Source of the DNA: Naegleria gruberi | Lineage: Eukaryota | Reading direction: 5' to 3' (one strand) | DNA length: 64,000 bases | NCBI GenBank assembly: GCA_000004985.1 | Contig: GG738884.1 | Shown: positions 23,488 through 34,587 of the stretch, one piece after another | Numbering within the stretch: position 1 is the stretch's first letter | Layout: each line of letters begins with the position of its first letter | Program-made: the position numbers and the translations under genes | The notes under the pieces: model-generated | What the model was told of the DNA's origin: nothing | Database searches by the model: none | Seen by the model: the letters and a program-made list of their open reading frames with translations, nothing else

Positions 23488-23641
23488 GCTCAAGTTATGA
23501 TACCTTTTTTTGAGCTCTTTTGTAAATATTCTACTCTAGGTTTTTCTCTTGTAAATATAGGTCAATATGATTACTAGACTAAACATTTTGTAAACTTTTT
23601 TAAATATTATTAAATATTAATTAAATATAAAATTAAAAAAA

Positions 23642-24910
23642 ATGAGCAATATCCTACAAGGTTTCGAACCATGCAAACTCACCACAGCTGGCCGACCTCT
23701 CTATTCAAGTCCCAAAGAGTTGGAACAAATGATCGTGATTGGAATTGCCATCTACGACAACTCTGCAAAGGAATTGAAGGATTTTAATCACGTCTACTTG
23801 ACCACTCACAGAATTTACATCATGTTTCATAGTGACAATACATCATCATCAATACAATCGGATCATGGAATTTCCTGTCCACTCTCATCAATAGAAAAGG
23901 TTGAGAAGGAGAGTGGAGGCTTCTTCCGATCACCGAAAATTAAATTCACCATCAAATCATCAAACTTTTCGATATCATTTAGAAAGGGAAAGAGGGATGA
24001 GTTTTATGATCATCTTCAAGATCAATTAAAGAAGAAAAAGTGGACGGAAGATGTAAATAATGCAATGCAAATATCAACATCAATGGATTCGATATCATCT
24101 CTAACAACAGACTCCAGCAATAATAATAATAAGAATGTAAAGAAGGATTTCACTACAAGTACAGCTGGTGTTGCTGGTATTATGAAGAGAATTGATCAGG
24201 AAAATTTGGAGGAACGAAAGGAAATGGATGATGCCTTCTCGGATTTGAAAAAGTTGATGGAAAAAGCTGAGGATATGGTTAATATGGCAGAAAATTATAA
24301 GAACAAAATTGTACAAAGGATGAAAAACGACACTGAAGCCACATCAGAGGAAACTGAAGAAGAAAAACAAATTTTGGACTTTTTATTGAATTTGGGTTTA
24401 GCTTCTCCTGTTACCAAACAATCTACTGGAGCACTTTATCATCAACAATTAGCCAGGCAACTTATTGACTTTCTAGACAAGATTGTACAGGAAAGATATG
24501 GTGGTGTTATTACATTGAGTGATGCATATTGTTTGTATAATAGAGCGAGAGGTACAGATCTGATCTCACCAGAAGATATGGAAAAAGCTTGCTCTCTTTT
24601 TGAAAAATTGAAACTTCCAATGAAACTCAAAGTATTCGATAGTGGCGTAATTGTTATTCAATCCTCCCAATATTCTGATAGAATGATGGCTGAAAAGATT
24701 GCAGAATTCATTAGAGATGGGCATGAGTGTGATGTAATGACATACAAGTTTATTACAGCTGTGCGGTTAGCTCAATTACTGAATGTCAGCATTGTTCTTG
24801 CAAAAGAATTATTACTTACTGCTGAACATAACAGAACACTTTGTAGAGATGAAAATGAGGAAGGTATCAGATTTTATTTAGTATCTGATGTGTTTGACAA
24901 ATTTATTTAA
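23642..24910 (+). CDS. vps36: ESCRT-II subunit Vps36/EAP45
   Basis: N-terminal GLUE-like region, then C-terminal winged-helix tandem with the conserved block GGVITLSDAYCLYNRARGTDLISPEDMEKACSLFEKLKLPMKLKVFDSGVIVIQ characteristic of Vps36. Confidence 0.8.
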   Translation: MSNILQGFEPCKLTTAGRPLYSSPKELEQMIVIGIAIYDNSAKELKDFNHVYLTTHRIYIMFHSDNTSSSIQSDHGISCPLSSIEKVEKESGGFFRSPKIKFTIKSSNFSISFRKGKRDEFYDHLQDQLKKKKWTEDVNNAMQISTSMDSISSLTTDSSNNNNKNVKKDFTTSTAGVAGIMKRIDQENLEERKEMDDAFSDLKKLMEKAEDMVNMAENYKNKIVQRMKNDTEATSEETEEEKQILDFLLNLGLASPVTKQSTGALYHQQLARQLIDFLDKIVQERYGGVITLSDAYCLYNRARGTDLISPEDMEKACSLFEKLKLPMKLKVFDSGVIVIQSSQYSDRMMAEKIAEFIRDGHECDVMTYKFITAVRLAQLLNVSIVLAKELLLTAEHNRTLCRDENEEGIRFYLVSDVFDKFI

Positions 24911-24957
24911 TTGTAAAAGTTATTGAAATTTAATCTGATTCTCAAATCATCCACTAT

Positions 24958-27859
24958 TTAATTCAATATTAGAATAATATTAGAATGAAAATATCGAATC
25001 GAAAACTTACAGTGATCGTGAATTCCTCTTGTGGCTAAAATACTATTAATGATTGTTAGGAGCATCTTGAAACTCTTTCTAAATTCAGTTTCCATCTCTT
25101 CAAGCTCTGGGATAAAAATATCTTCTCTTTGAGTTTCTTTAAAATTGGCCAATTTGGTTCTCAAAGTTATACACATTTGCACAACTTTGAAAATGTGATT
25201 CTTTACGAATAGAGCTTTCTTTAACAGGAATCTGTCCTTAATCTTATTGAGATAGTCCAAGTGGAAGCTGCGAAGATCATCCATATTTTTTGCTGATAAA
25301 ATATTTTCACACAATTCATTCCACAGAGTATGTAATATTCTATTCATCATGTAGTACTGTACAGTTCCAATAAAATGTTTCAATTGGTTAAGGAGAGAAT
25401 AAAACTTGAGATAGGCATTACTTTTGTGTGTAAATGCATCAGTCTTGAGACTCATCTTGTCCAATACTAGTGTTTAAAGTTGTATTGTCAATTTAAAATA
25501 TTAAAAACGAACCTTGTTTAGCTTGTTTTAGTTTGAGATTGAAAACTAAAACCTCATTATAGCTCTGTATGTGTTGAGCTGAAATAATCAGATTTAAAGG
25601 CCACTCTAATTCATAATTAAAAGTGACTGCATCAAAAAAGTTATTTTCCTCATGCTTGATACTTCCATCATCAAAGTGAACCGAAATTATTTCATCCAAT
25701 TTCAGAGAAGTGAAAATATCAGTAGTGTAGACAGAGGTTGAGTTTTCGGTAGCAAAAGAATACCTCCTTGGAAATTCCATTCCTAAACGAAGTGCATCTT
25801 TGAGAATAACCTGAAGATCAAATGTTGTAATTCCTCTAAAATCAAATTGGAAAAATCTATCAGATAAATTAAATAATTTGGTGGCAAAATAGTCCATAAT
25901 GTCACCAGCCTCCATCAAGTAGAATGCTCTTATTGCTGTCAGATGGTCCAGTAACTTGCATCTATTGACCAATAAATCACAAAGATAGGGAGATACTCTA
26001 TGATATTGCTCCTCTATGTGGCTTGATAGTCCAACGTTAAATATTATTTCCAATGGTAGAGTTTGTAATTTTTGACTATTCTCTGATGAAAATTCAAGTA
26101 CATCCATGAGACTCTTCTTCTTGAAAATTGAGGTTAGCTTGTCTTGATTTGTTATTTTGTGCTCCTTAGAAAAGTCAAAGAACAAGAGTTCTTGTTGATT
26201 GGTGCTATTGTCAGCTGGAAGTGCATTACTGTACAAGTCTTCCTTTTCTAAAAGTGATATCATTCGTTTTTTCTTTGGTGGTGATCTCAGAGAGTGTAAA
26301 GATCCAATGGGAGCAAGTGTGGTTTGTCTGATGTTGTTTGAAGAAGAGCCTGCAGATTGATTTTCTCTCTTCTTTGAGGATGATGGCGAGGACCTAAAGG
26401 AATTGAGAGGTTTCAGTGGAGAAATGATTATTGACTCGTCATCATCAAAGGGTGAGTGATGTTCATCATTCTCTAAACCCATCGAAGAAGAAAGTAGATT
26501 AAAGAGTGAGGGTTTCTCCTTTTCTAGTAGATAATCACCAATAGAACTGTTATTGGCAGCAATTTCATACTTTTGCTCAATATCCCGCACAATAATGATG
26601 GATTTACCTGTTGCACTAATCTTGTCCTTAATTTTTGAGAGCAGGGAACAGACCTTAGATTCAGTAAATCCCTCACTCCAGAAGAGAGGTGTTCCAATAT
26701 CCACCAACTCATTCCTCTTGAGAAGAAATTCATTGTGTTGGTCCTGCAAGGTCCCTTCGAATATCCAGCTGTCTGTAATGGAAAGGTATGGCTTTAGAAT
26801 AGCCATCAATATTTGCAATGAATAATCATACTCATCATTGTTGCTCTCCATGGAAATATATTGTCTCGTGAGAACTTTTTCATAAAAGTGAGAAATTAAA
26901 TCTGACATTAAATTACTCTGTGAATCCTCTCTATCTAAGATTTCCTCAATTTCTTCATCCAGTTTTCTGAGTGTATGAATTTTTTGTTCAAAAACAAAAA
27001 GATTTGTCCTAAGGGAGAGGAGAGAAAGATTGTGTGTATCTCCAAATCTCTTTCCCATTTGATTACTCTTCTCCATTTCCGATAAATCGTCTCTGATTTT
27101 CTCTATTATTTGTAATATTGATGAGTAGCAAGATTGAATAATTGTGCTTTTTACAAGGCGTATCGATCTTGTTGCAGTCGAATGCATTTTCCTCAGCTTG
27201 TTACCTATCTTAATAAAATAATTTAAGGAATTATGTAGAGCTGTCCTAGAGAGGAAAGAAACAGAAAGCTCCCTATCAGAAAGCTCAAAATTATCATTCA
27301 CAATTTTAAATATAGTTCCCTGAAATCCTCTCAACATGTTGAATATTTCGCGTATCAGATCATTTTGTCTAATAACTTTTGTACAAGGTGTAATTACCCT
27401 AATATTTCCAATAGGAGGAGTTTGTGTAATTTTAAAGAGAGTATAATGCTCAAATAAATGTCCATGAGGAAAGTGAGTAAATGGTAAATGGCAAGTGATG
27501 AGTTTGTTTGGATCAAAATTGATAGTATAGAATAAATCTTCCGATTTTTCATTGGTTGTATTGAAATCATCATTCATAAAATCATCGTCGTCATCAAACA
27601 TTCCATGATCATCATTGTGTAATATTTGATGACGATCTTCCATTCTATTATTACTACTAAAGATATCTGTAATATTACACATCGTATCCATATGAAACAC
27701 TACATTATCATCAAGAATATCATTATTATTGGTGGTTTTGGTTTTTCTTGCTTGTTTCGAATCCAATTCCTCATCATCGGACCAATCACTTAAATCATCA
27801 TCATCCGAGCCATACTCTGCAAAATTTCGTTTATATTCCTCCAAATCTAATAAATTCAT
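24958..27859 (-). CDS. Gamma-tubulin complex component (GCP/Spc97-Spc98 family); exons complement(25513..27859, 24958..25466), intron 25467..25512
   Basis: GRIP-type conserved blocks: LQILMAILKPYLSITDSWIFEGTL, VSPYLCDLLVNRCKLLDHLTAIRAFYLMEAGDIMDYFATKLF, NYELEWPLNLIISAQHIQSYNEVLVFNLKLKQAKQ. Typical GCP C-terminus in exon 2 (HTLWNELCENI...FHLDYLNKIKDRF). The 46-nt intron joins in phase 1. First in-frame ATG is 27859 (track start 27916 is TTG); a further 5' exon is not excluded. Confidence 0.7.
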
Positions 27860-28148
27860 ATGAATTACTGCTTCCGATTCCAAGTAGAGTGCACACCCAA
27901 CAGTTACGTTGTTCAATTATTTTTTTTGTTGAATTATTTAATAATTTTGGCGGGAAGAGAAAGTAATCTTTTATACACAATATATTACCAATCATTACAA
28001 ACTGCAAGTATTAATTATTAAGCATACACCATTTGAATTGATTTAACAACTTCGTATGACACTTCCTTATATAGTAACCCATAAAAACTAATTAGCTCGT
28101 ACGCACAAATTGACCGCAGGATATCCAAAACAACTCATATACCTCCTG

Positions 28149-28156
28149 TATAAAAA
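28149..28156 (+). promoter_or_regulatory. TATA-like element upstream of SDR gene
   Basis: tataaaaa lies about 72 bp upstream of the ATG at 28228, in an unusually C-rich leader. Confidence 0.3.
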
Positions 28157-28227
28157 CCACACAACTATCCCCAATTCAAGAGTTCAATAACAAAAAAACA
28201 ATTCAATCTTCAAACTAAATCATAAAC

Positions 28228-28965
28228 ATGATCAAGACAGTTCTTATTACTGGTGCTACTACTGGAATTGGTAAGGCAACTGCTGTTGCATTTGCAAAGA
28301 AGGGGTTCAATCTGGTTGTAACTGGAAGAAAGATTGAAAAGGAGCAAGAATTGGTTGAGCAAGTTAAGAAAGCAGGTGCTAATGATGTTTCTTTCTTTCA
28401 ACTCGATGTCGCTCAAGAAACTGCTTTCGAACAAGTTGTTAAGAAAGTTGTGGAAAAGTATGGAAAGTTGGACGTGCTTGTTAATAATGCAGGCATCTCC
28501 ATTAGCATTGATTTGTTGGCCGACTCCAAAACTGAAGATTTCAAGCAAATGATTGATACAAATGTTTTGGGAGTTTACTATGGAATGAAATATGCCATTC
28601 AAGCCATGTTGCAAACTGAAACCAAAGGAGCAATAGTCAATCTTGCCTCCATTGCAGGACACAATGGTTTGCTCTATACTTCACAATACTGTGCCACTAA
28701 ACATGCAGTGGTTGGATTGACAAAGGGAGCTGCAACTGATTATGCCACTAAGGGAATTGCACCAGGAGCAATTAAGACTGAAATTTTACAAAATGCAATT
28801 GATTGTGGTGCCTATTCTGAGGAGGGCATTGCTGCCATGCATCCAATGAATAGAATGGGAACAGTTGAGGATATTGCTAATGGAATTGTCTTTTTGGCAA
28901 GTGATGACTGTTTGTTCATGACTGGAACTACCTTATTCGTTGATGGAGGATACAATTGCAAATAA
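28228..28965 (+). CDS. Short-chain dehydrogenase/reductase (classical SDR, FabG-like)
   Basis: TGATTGIGKA Rossmann motif, NNAG, catalytic S...YCATKHAV (YxxxK), PGAIKTE. 245 aa, intronless, bacterial-type sequence. Confidence 0.85.
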   Translation: MIKTVLITGATTGIGKATAVAFAKKGFNLVVTGRKIEKEQELVEQVKKAGANDVSFFQLDVAQETAFEQVVKKVVEKYGKLDVLVNNAGISISIDLLADSKTEDFKQMIDTNVLGVYYGMKYAIQAMLQTETKGAIVNLASIAGHNGLLYTSQYCATKHAVVGLTKGAATDYATKGIAPGAIKTEILQNAIDCGAYSEEGIAAMHPMNRMGTVEDIANGIVFLASDDCLFMTGTTLFVDGGYNCK

Positions 28966-29118
28966 TACTTGTTTGATTAATGAGATTTCAATAAACAATG
29001 TTTTTAAGTTGCGAAATCATGGAAAGGTTCTTTCATTAATACCATTTGAACAAACTTTTAACACAAGTTTACAATCATAATAGTTTAAGCAAGCCACAGG
29101 TTGCATTGAAATAGTAGT

Positions 29119-29844
29119 TTACTTTTTACAAATGAAATATTCGAAATTTGTTCCCTTCACTTTTCCTCTTTCAGTAATTTGAAATTTTGATTTTCCAATT
29201 TCCTTATCAGTTTCTCTAACCATCGATGCACCAACCAATGGATAAGTAATCAATGTGACCATTGACAGGAAAACATCAGTCCAGAAATTATAAGTCTTGA
29301 AATGTTCCACAAAGAAAGCAGTTCCACCAGTTTTCAATACTCTATATGCCTCATCAAAGGTCTTTTTCTGATCATCCACACTACACAACACATCAATACT
29401 CAATACAGTGTCAAAAGTCTCATTCTGAAATGGCAAACTCTCACAAGGTGCTTCCATCAATTCAAATTTACTCAAATTATCTTTCATTTCTGTTCTGACC
29501 TTTTCTCTTGCCTTATTGAGCATTCCACTCGATAAATCAATCATGGTAATACTCTCAATCCTATCCATCGGATAGTATTCAATATTGGGACCAGTGCCAA
29601 CGGCAAGGTCCAATACCTTACCCTCAACCATCGGGACAAATCTTGTTCTGCATTTTGAGAGTGTGTTCTTTTCAAGGTACTGCATGATCCAATCATAGAT
29701 CGGAGCAAGAAGATCAAATTTTTGAATGCCAAACCATCCGAGTGGTGAAATCATTTTTTTTAATGTTGTTTTTCTGGTGTGATTCTTTTTTGGACAAATT
29801 TGGAAGATTGACATAAAGAGGCGAATTGCCACTCTGTCAACCAT
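29119..29844 (-). CDS. Class I SAM-dependent methyltransferase (Methyltransf_11-like)
   Basis: Motif I VLDLAVGTGPN, motif post-I SITMIDLS, motif II/III FDTVLSIDVLCSV...LKTGGTAFFVEH. Alternative start is the in-frame aaaaaaaATG at 29754 (MISPLGWF...). Confidence 0.7.
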   Translation of the reverse strand: MVDRVAIRLFMSIFQICPKKNHTRKTTLKKMISPLGWFGIQKFDLLAPIYDWIMQYLEKNTLSKCRTRFVPMVEGKVLDLAVGTGPNIEYYPMDRIESITMIDLSSGMLNKAREKVRTEMKDNLSKFELMEAPCESLPFQNETFDTVLSIDVLCSVDDQKKTFDEAYRVLKTGGTAFFVEHFKTYNFWTDVFLSMVTLITYPLVGASMVRETDKEIGKSKFQITERGKVKGTNFEYFICKK

Positions 29845-29928
29845 GTTTTACCCACTATATTTATTTTAATAGTATTTGTGTAAATTGATTATTGAACTGG
29901 TACAGGCAAAGGATGATTTTAAAAGTTA

Positions 29929-32829
29929 TTATTCAGAAACGTTTATTACAAAAGTGTCACTAATGTCTGCTTCTTCGACATACTTGCTGTCAAGATATTC
30001 ACCATTGGCGTACAATGTACCCATATTGTCGTAATTCTTAGCAAAGATATTACCATCATTGCCAGTTGGAAGAATGAGTTTGTCTCTGTGGAGAGCATTG
30101 TTGAAAGTGAGAATTTGGCGATAGACTGGTCCTTCGTTGGTTTGATAATTTTCGTCCACATTATTCAAAAGAACTGTTTCAGTACCTCCCTCAGTTTTGA
30201 GAATAATTTCTGAAAGACAGCCAATAATTGGCGTATCCTTGCCTGCAATGTGATAGATTGGAGTTGCATGAATAGTTCCCCATGTTGGGATTTCACCATA
30301 TTGATTATAGAAAGTATCGACCATCAAGACAAACTTGGCAATGGCATAATCAGTACAGGTGGAATATCCTTGATTGATACATGCCTGATCATTGTTTCTC
30401 AGCATGGCATCCTTGTAATAGTACCATAAGGCAAGTCTATAGTTAGCAGCTTCGGCTCCTTCCATTTCCTTAGAAGCAAGTGTACCGAAATATCTCAAAA
30501 ATCCTTCAAATAAAGAAGCTTCCTTTGAAGTCTTCTTCATATAACCATCCCAATTAATCAAACTGGTCAACAAGTCAGAGTATTTAGAACCCTTCTTGGC
30601 CATTCCACTTGTCATGTTAACAAACATGAATTTGTAATCTCTATAAACCACGCTGAAAGTATCCAATTGAATATTAATCATATCTTGCATGGTCAATTTA
30701 CTTCCAGTCTCTGCATTTTGCTTCATTAATACTGCAAAAAGTTCTTGAATTCTTTGCTGTCTGTAATCGAAAAAGTAATCAGCACTGACTGTGTATGGAT
30801 ATCCTGGAGGAACAACACGATTATTAGCAGATGAAACATATCCTCTCTTTGGATTGTAAACTTCTGGTGCCTTGTCCACAGGTACATATCCATCATAATC
30901 CCATGTCATTGTATCTCCTCTAACAGCATATCGTCCAGTATGGCCCTCCCTACGCATTGGAATTCTTCCAGAAAGCTTGTAACCAATATTACCATTTACA
31001 TCCATGAAGGCATAGTTGAATACAATAGACTTAATTCCATTCACATAGGTACGGAACTCATTCCAATTCTTACTCAAAATCAATGCGTAGTAATTATTTA
31101 CGCTAGTGTCATTTTCAACTTGAGCAATCCATCTGAGAGCTGGAAGTTCTGTCTTGCTCTCGGATAACACTGGACCAAAGATTGACTCTCTGACCTTGAT
31201 GGTGACTGGATCAGCTCCAGAAATTTTGATTGTTTCACTATAAATAGTGAATGGTTTGGAGACTCCATCGACGAGATAATTATTCTCATTTGATGGATCT
31301 GGTGTCAAAATGTAGAGATCCTGAACATCAGTATATCCCAATGTTACACCCCAACCAATATATTCATTTCTTCCAATACCAATACCAGGAACTCCACTAA
31401 AAGCAGCTCCAGAGAAATTCCTAGGAGCTGAAGAGTCACTAGAAGTTCTATAATTCATTTGAACAAGATAAAATTGATCAGGAGCTTGGAATTCCAAGTG
31501 AGGATCATTGGCCAAATATCCTGTAGGACTATCAGTGAATGCCTTATTGACAGCCCAATTATTAGAGCCAATGGCCTTCTTGGTATTTCTTACCATTTCC
31601 TTGACAGTTTTAGAAATGAAGGAATATCTTCCACTGGAACTTTTACCCAATTTTCTACTTCCAGATTTTGGAATATAGGCACCTGTATTATTTCTGTTTT
31701 GCTTCCACTCCATAGCGAGTTCTTCTTGATGGGTCAAGTTGAGTCCTAAATCCTCACGAGTCACAATGGTGGCTGCATCAAACGGAACTGGTGGATCAAG
31801 GACCTCCATTCTGCTCAATGTAACTCCATACTTTGTCATTGCATTGTATCTTCTTTCTTCATCCAAATAATTCACAGACATGATAAACTCGATATACTTT
31901 ACAACACAGAGAGAATCAAAAATGGACCAAGGTTCAATATCATATCCCAATAGAATGGCTTCTGCAGGAGCTGCATTTCCACTTTGTAAATAAGCATTAA
32001 CACCATCTGTGTAAGCTTGAAGTGCACTCTTGGCTTGATTATTCAACAAGAGCATTTCCTTCTTGGCAGCTCTGGCATAACCAATAAATCTTGACAATTT
32101 ATCATCTTCCAAAGTGGAACTGTCAGCAATTTCACTCAACCTACCCTGGGACACTCTTCTAATAAGATCCATTTGGAAGAGTCTTTCTTGGGCAGTTGCA
32201 AACCCTTGACCAAATATCATGTCTAACTCTTTTTCTCCATCCACATAAATAATTCCATTCACATCTCTCCTTATATTAATTTTTGTGTTTGGTGTTAAAT
32301 AGGAAGGATATGATTTTAAATAAGTGTTTGTTTCCAATACAATTGATTTTACATTGAGTGTGCCACTCTTATTCACAATAGAAGAAAGAGGAATGGCCAT
32401 AAATACTACGTATACAATTAGAAAAACTGCAAACAAAATTGCACTCACAACACAACTCGTTACAAACAAGCAATAAATTGTTCCCTTCACAACACCTCTC
32501 AAAGAGTGAGCTTTCCATATCAAAAACAGTGCAAAAGCAATACACACTCCCATTGATGCACAAGCCACCAATGACAATGTCAAAATTATAGCCAATTCGG
32601 CTCTTTCACACTTTACACATTGTTTAGGAAACACACCGTATAAACTAAATGAAAGTGCCAAGGTAACAATGATGAAGAATATCGACAAGCCAACAGCCGA
32701 AAGTGATATTATAGATGAAGGTGTTTTCAATTGATGATCACTATGTAAATGATCACCAGTGCTAGTAGAATTAGAATTGGACCGTACTTCTCTTGTAGTC
32801 AATCCATCTTCGTGATAATTGGTAGCCAT
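29929..32829 (-). CDS. Penicillin amidase/acylase family (peptidase S45, Ntn-hydrolase) protein with N-terminal multi-TM anchor
   Basis: N-terminal nucleophile motif GSNNWAVN and ANDPHL. Other conserved acylase blocks: YxxPGIGIGRNEYIGWGVT, MDVNGNIGY. Three hydrophobic helices in the first ~170 aa. Intronless, 966 aa. Confidence 0.8.
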   Translation of the reverse strand: MATNYHEDGLTTREVRSNSNSTSTGDHLHSDHQLKTPSSIISLSAVGLSIFFIIVTLALSFSLYGVFPKQCVKCERAELAIILTLSLVACASMGVCIAFALFLIWKAHSLRGVVKGTIYCLFVTSCVVSAILFAVFLIVYVVFMAIPLSSIVNKSGTLNVKSIVLETNTYLKSYPSYLTPNTKINIRRDVNGIIYVDGEKELDMIFGQGFATAQERLFQMDLIRRVSQGRLSEIADSSTLEDDKLSRFIGYARAAKKEMLLLNNQAKSALQAYTDGVNAYLQSGNAAPAEAILLGYDIEPWSIFDSLCVVKYIEFIMSVNYLDEERRYNAMTKYGVTLSRMEVLDPPVPFDAATIVTREDLGLNLTHQEELAMEWKQNRNNTGAYIPKSGSRKLGKSSSGRYSFISKTVKEMVRNTKKAIGSNNWAVNKAFTDSPTGYLANDPHLEFQAPDQFYLVQMNYRTSSDSSAPRNFSGAAFSGVPGIGIGRNEYIGWGVTLGYTDVQDLYILTPDPSNENNYLVDGVSKPFTIYSETIKISGADPVTIKVRESIFGPVLSESKTELPALRWIAQVENDTSVNNYYALILSKNWNEFRTYVNGIKSIVFNYAFMDVNGNIGYKLSGRIPMRREGHTGRYAVRGDTMTWDYDGYVPVDKAPEVYNPKRGYVSSANNRVVPPGYPYTVSADYFFDYRQQRIQELFAVLMKQNAETGSKLTMQDMINIQLDTFSVVYRDYKFMFVNMTSGMAKKGSKYSDLLTSLINWDGYMKKTSKEASLFEGFLRYFGTLASKEMEGAEAANYRLALWYYYKDAMLRNNDQACINQGYSTCTDYAIAKFVLMVDTFYNQYGEIPTWGTIHATPIYHIAGKDTPIIGCLSEIILKTEGGTETVLLNNVDENYQTNEGPVYRQILTFNNALHRDKLILPTGNDGNIFAKNYDNMGTLYANGEYLDSKYVEEADISDTFVINVSE

Positions 32830-33768
32830 TTAGAAAATAATATTATTATTATAATTATAAATTATAATGTCTTGAGTGATGCATAACTTTGCAGTAATTT
32901 TCGGTATTATTCAAAATCACCAGTGATGCACTTTCTTTTTGTTTTTTTCAAGTTGTAAAGACCTAATATCGCCATTTGGAAGAAGATAGTTTCAATCTCC
33001 AACAACAACAAATTGCAGTTAGAACCTTACATTGTACAGAGTGTGTTGTCTCTTCTCAAACAAACAAGGAGTATGTCTTGGTTAGACGAGCGACATGACA
33101 GAGAAGGACTATTAAGCGGACCTATTGATCCGTTCTACAAGTTTTCCAGTTTCGCTGGGTTTGCAAGAGCGGAAAATGTTTAAGAATTGGTCAATAAGGT
33201 ATTTAAATTACGGTATCAATTTGGGTAGTGGTAATACCCTATATCTCAAAACCAGGTAAGATCTATTTTAGCAATAAATTCTCTATCAAAATTTCTCGTT
33301 CATGTAAGCATCTAGTGAATTCTTAATTACCTCTAACGATATGTTTCTATTCCTTTTGCAATCCAATTTAGGCTATACCTGAGTGAACATTCATTTTGTT
33401 TACCAGCCTCCATTACAATAGAAAAATCATTTCTCAAATCCTTTTTACTGTGGTGAAAACTACTTCTCTATCGATTATTTTTCAAGCAATTATTAAGCAA
33501 AAATTGGCATTATTCACTCTATGAATTATTTATCTCGTTATTTACAAAATGAACAGACTCCTCAGGCATCACCGAGTAACTCTAATATGGTCTTCAAATA
33601 TCTTTAACAGCCTAATTTTCCTCATAAACAATTCACACAATCCAAATAAATTTTCAAAATGTTGTTCGCATCTTCCGATTGGTATTTTCTCTTCTTGTTT
33701 GCTTTCGGAAGAAAGTTAGTTTAAAGATCTTTGTAATGGTAGTAGGAAAGAGATTGCACATTGGACTA

Positions 33769-34587
33769 TTAATTTAATAATTCTTTTATTGAAATTGAAG
33801 TTCTGACTCTTCTAGGTTGTGAGAGATTGTGTAGTAGTTGTTGTTGTGTTTGTGAGAAATGGGATGAGGAAAATGGAGCAGTTGAAACACTTCCAATTTG
33901 TTGTGTTGGATAGGTTGTAATTGTTTGTGGATTTTTCTCTCCAATGTATTGTGAAATTTCATGAAGGGTTGACTCGAATTTTGCATCAGAATTCAATCCT
34001 GTTGAATTTGCACTGCTGCTACTACTACAACTGTTGCTGCTGTTGCTCGATTGATGATCTGATTGACCATTTGAACCGTTTGAAACTCCTGTCATGGTGA
34101 AGGAAATTACATTTTCATAAGGTTGCACTTGATCACATCTCTTTGTTCTCTTTCTCTTTTTCATGGTATAATCAAAGAATTTGAATGAATCTCTAGCTTT
34201 GTATGGTTTGGTAATTTTGTGAGTTGGGGAATGGATAATTGGATTTGAAAGTGTTTGGTAAAAAACATGTTGGTCAATTGGTGGATTTTCGAATAGATGT
34301 TGTGGATGGGTATTAGGATAGGATGAAGTACTTGATGTAGAGGAAGAAACAGAAGGTGAACGCTGTTCACACATGGATGACCATGAATAATTATTAGAAA
34401 GTGATGGAGAAACATGACCACCAAGAGAATATTTAACAGGTGTTGTACCATCCAAAGTGGTGTGTAATTTATCTTGATGCCAACGAAACACCTTTCCACT
34501 CTTATGTTTAATCATCTTGGAAAGATTTGATGAGTGCTGACACACTTCAGATGGTGTTACAATAGTAAATGATGCTGCTTGACTCAT
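33769..34587 (-). CDS. Hypothetical Ser/Gln-rich protein
   Basis: ORF with first ATG at 34587 (track start 34593 is TTG). Low-complexity S/N/Q-rich sequence with a KKRKRTKR basic cluster. No recognised domain. Confidence 0.4.
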   Translation of the reverse strand: MSQAASFTIVTPSEVCQHSSNLSKMIKHKSGKVFRWHQDKLHTTLDGTTPVKYSLGGHVSPSLSNNYSWSSMCEQRSPSVSSSTSSTSSYPNTHPQHLFENPPIDQHVFYQTLSNPIIHSPTHKITKPYKARDSFKFFDYTMKKRKRTKRCDQVQPYENVISFTMTGVSNGSNGQSDHQSSNSSNSCSSSSSANSTGLNSDAKFESTLHEISQYIGEKNPQTITTYPTQQIGSVSTAPFSSSHFSQTQQQLLHNLSQPRRVRTSISIKELLN

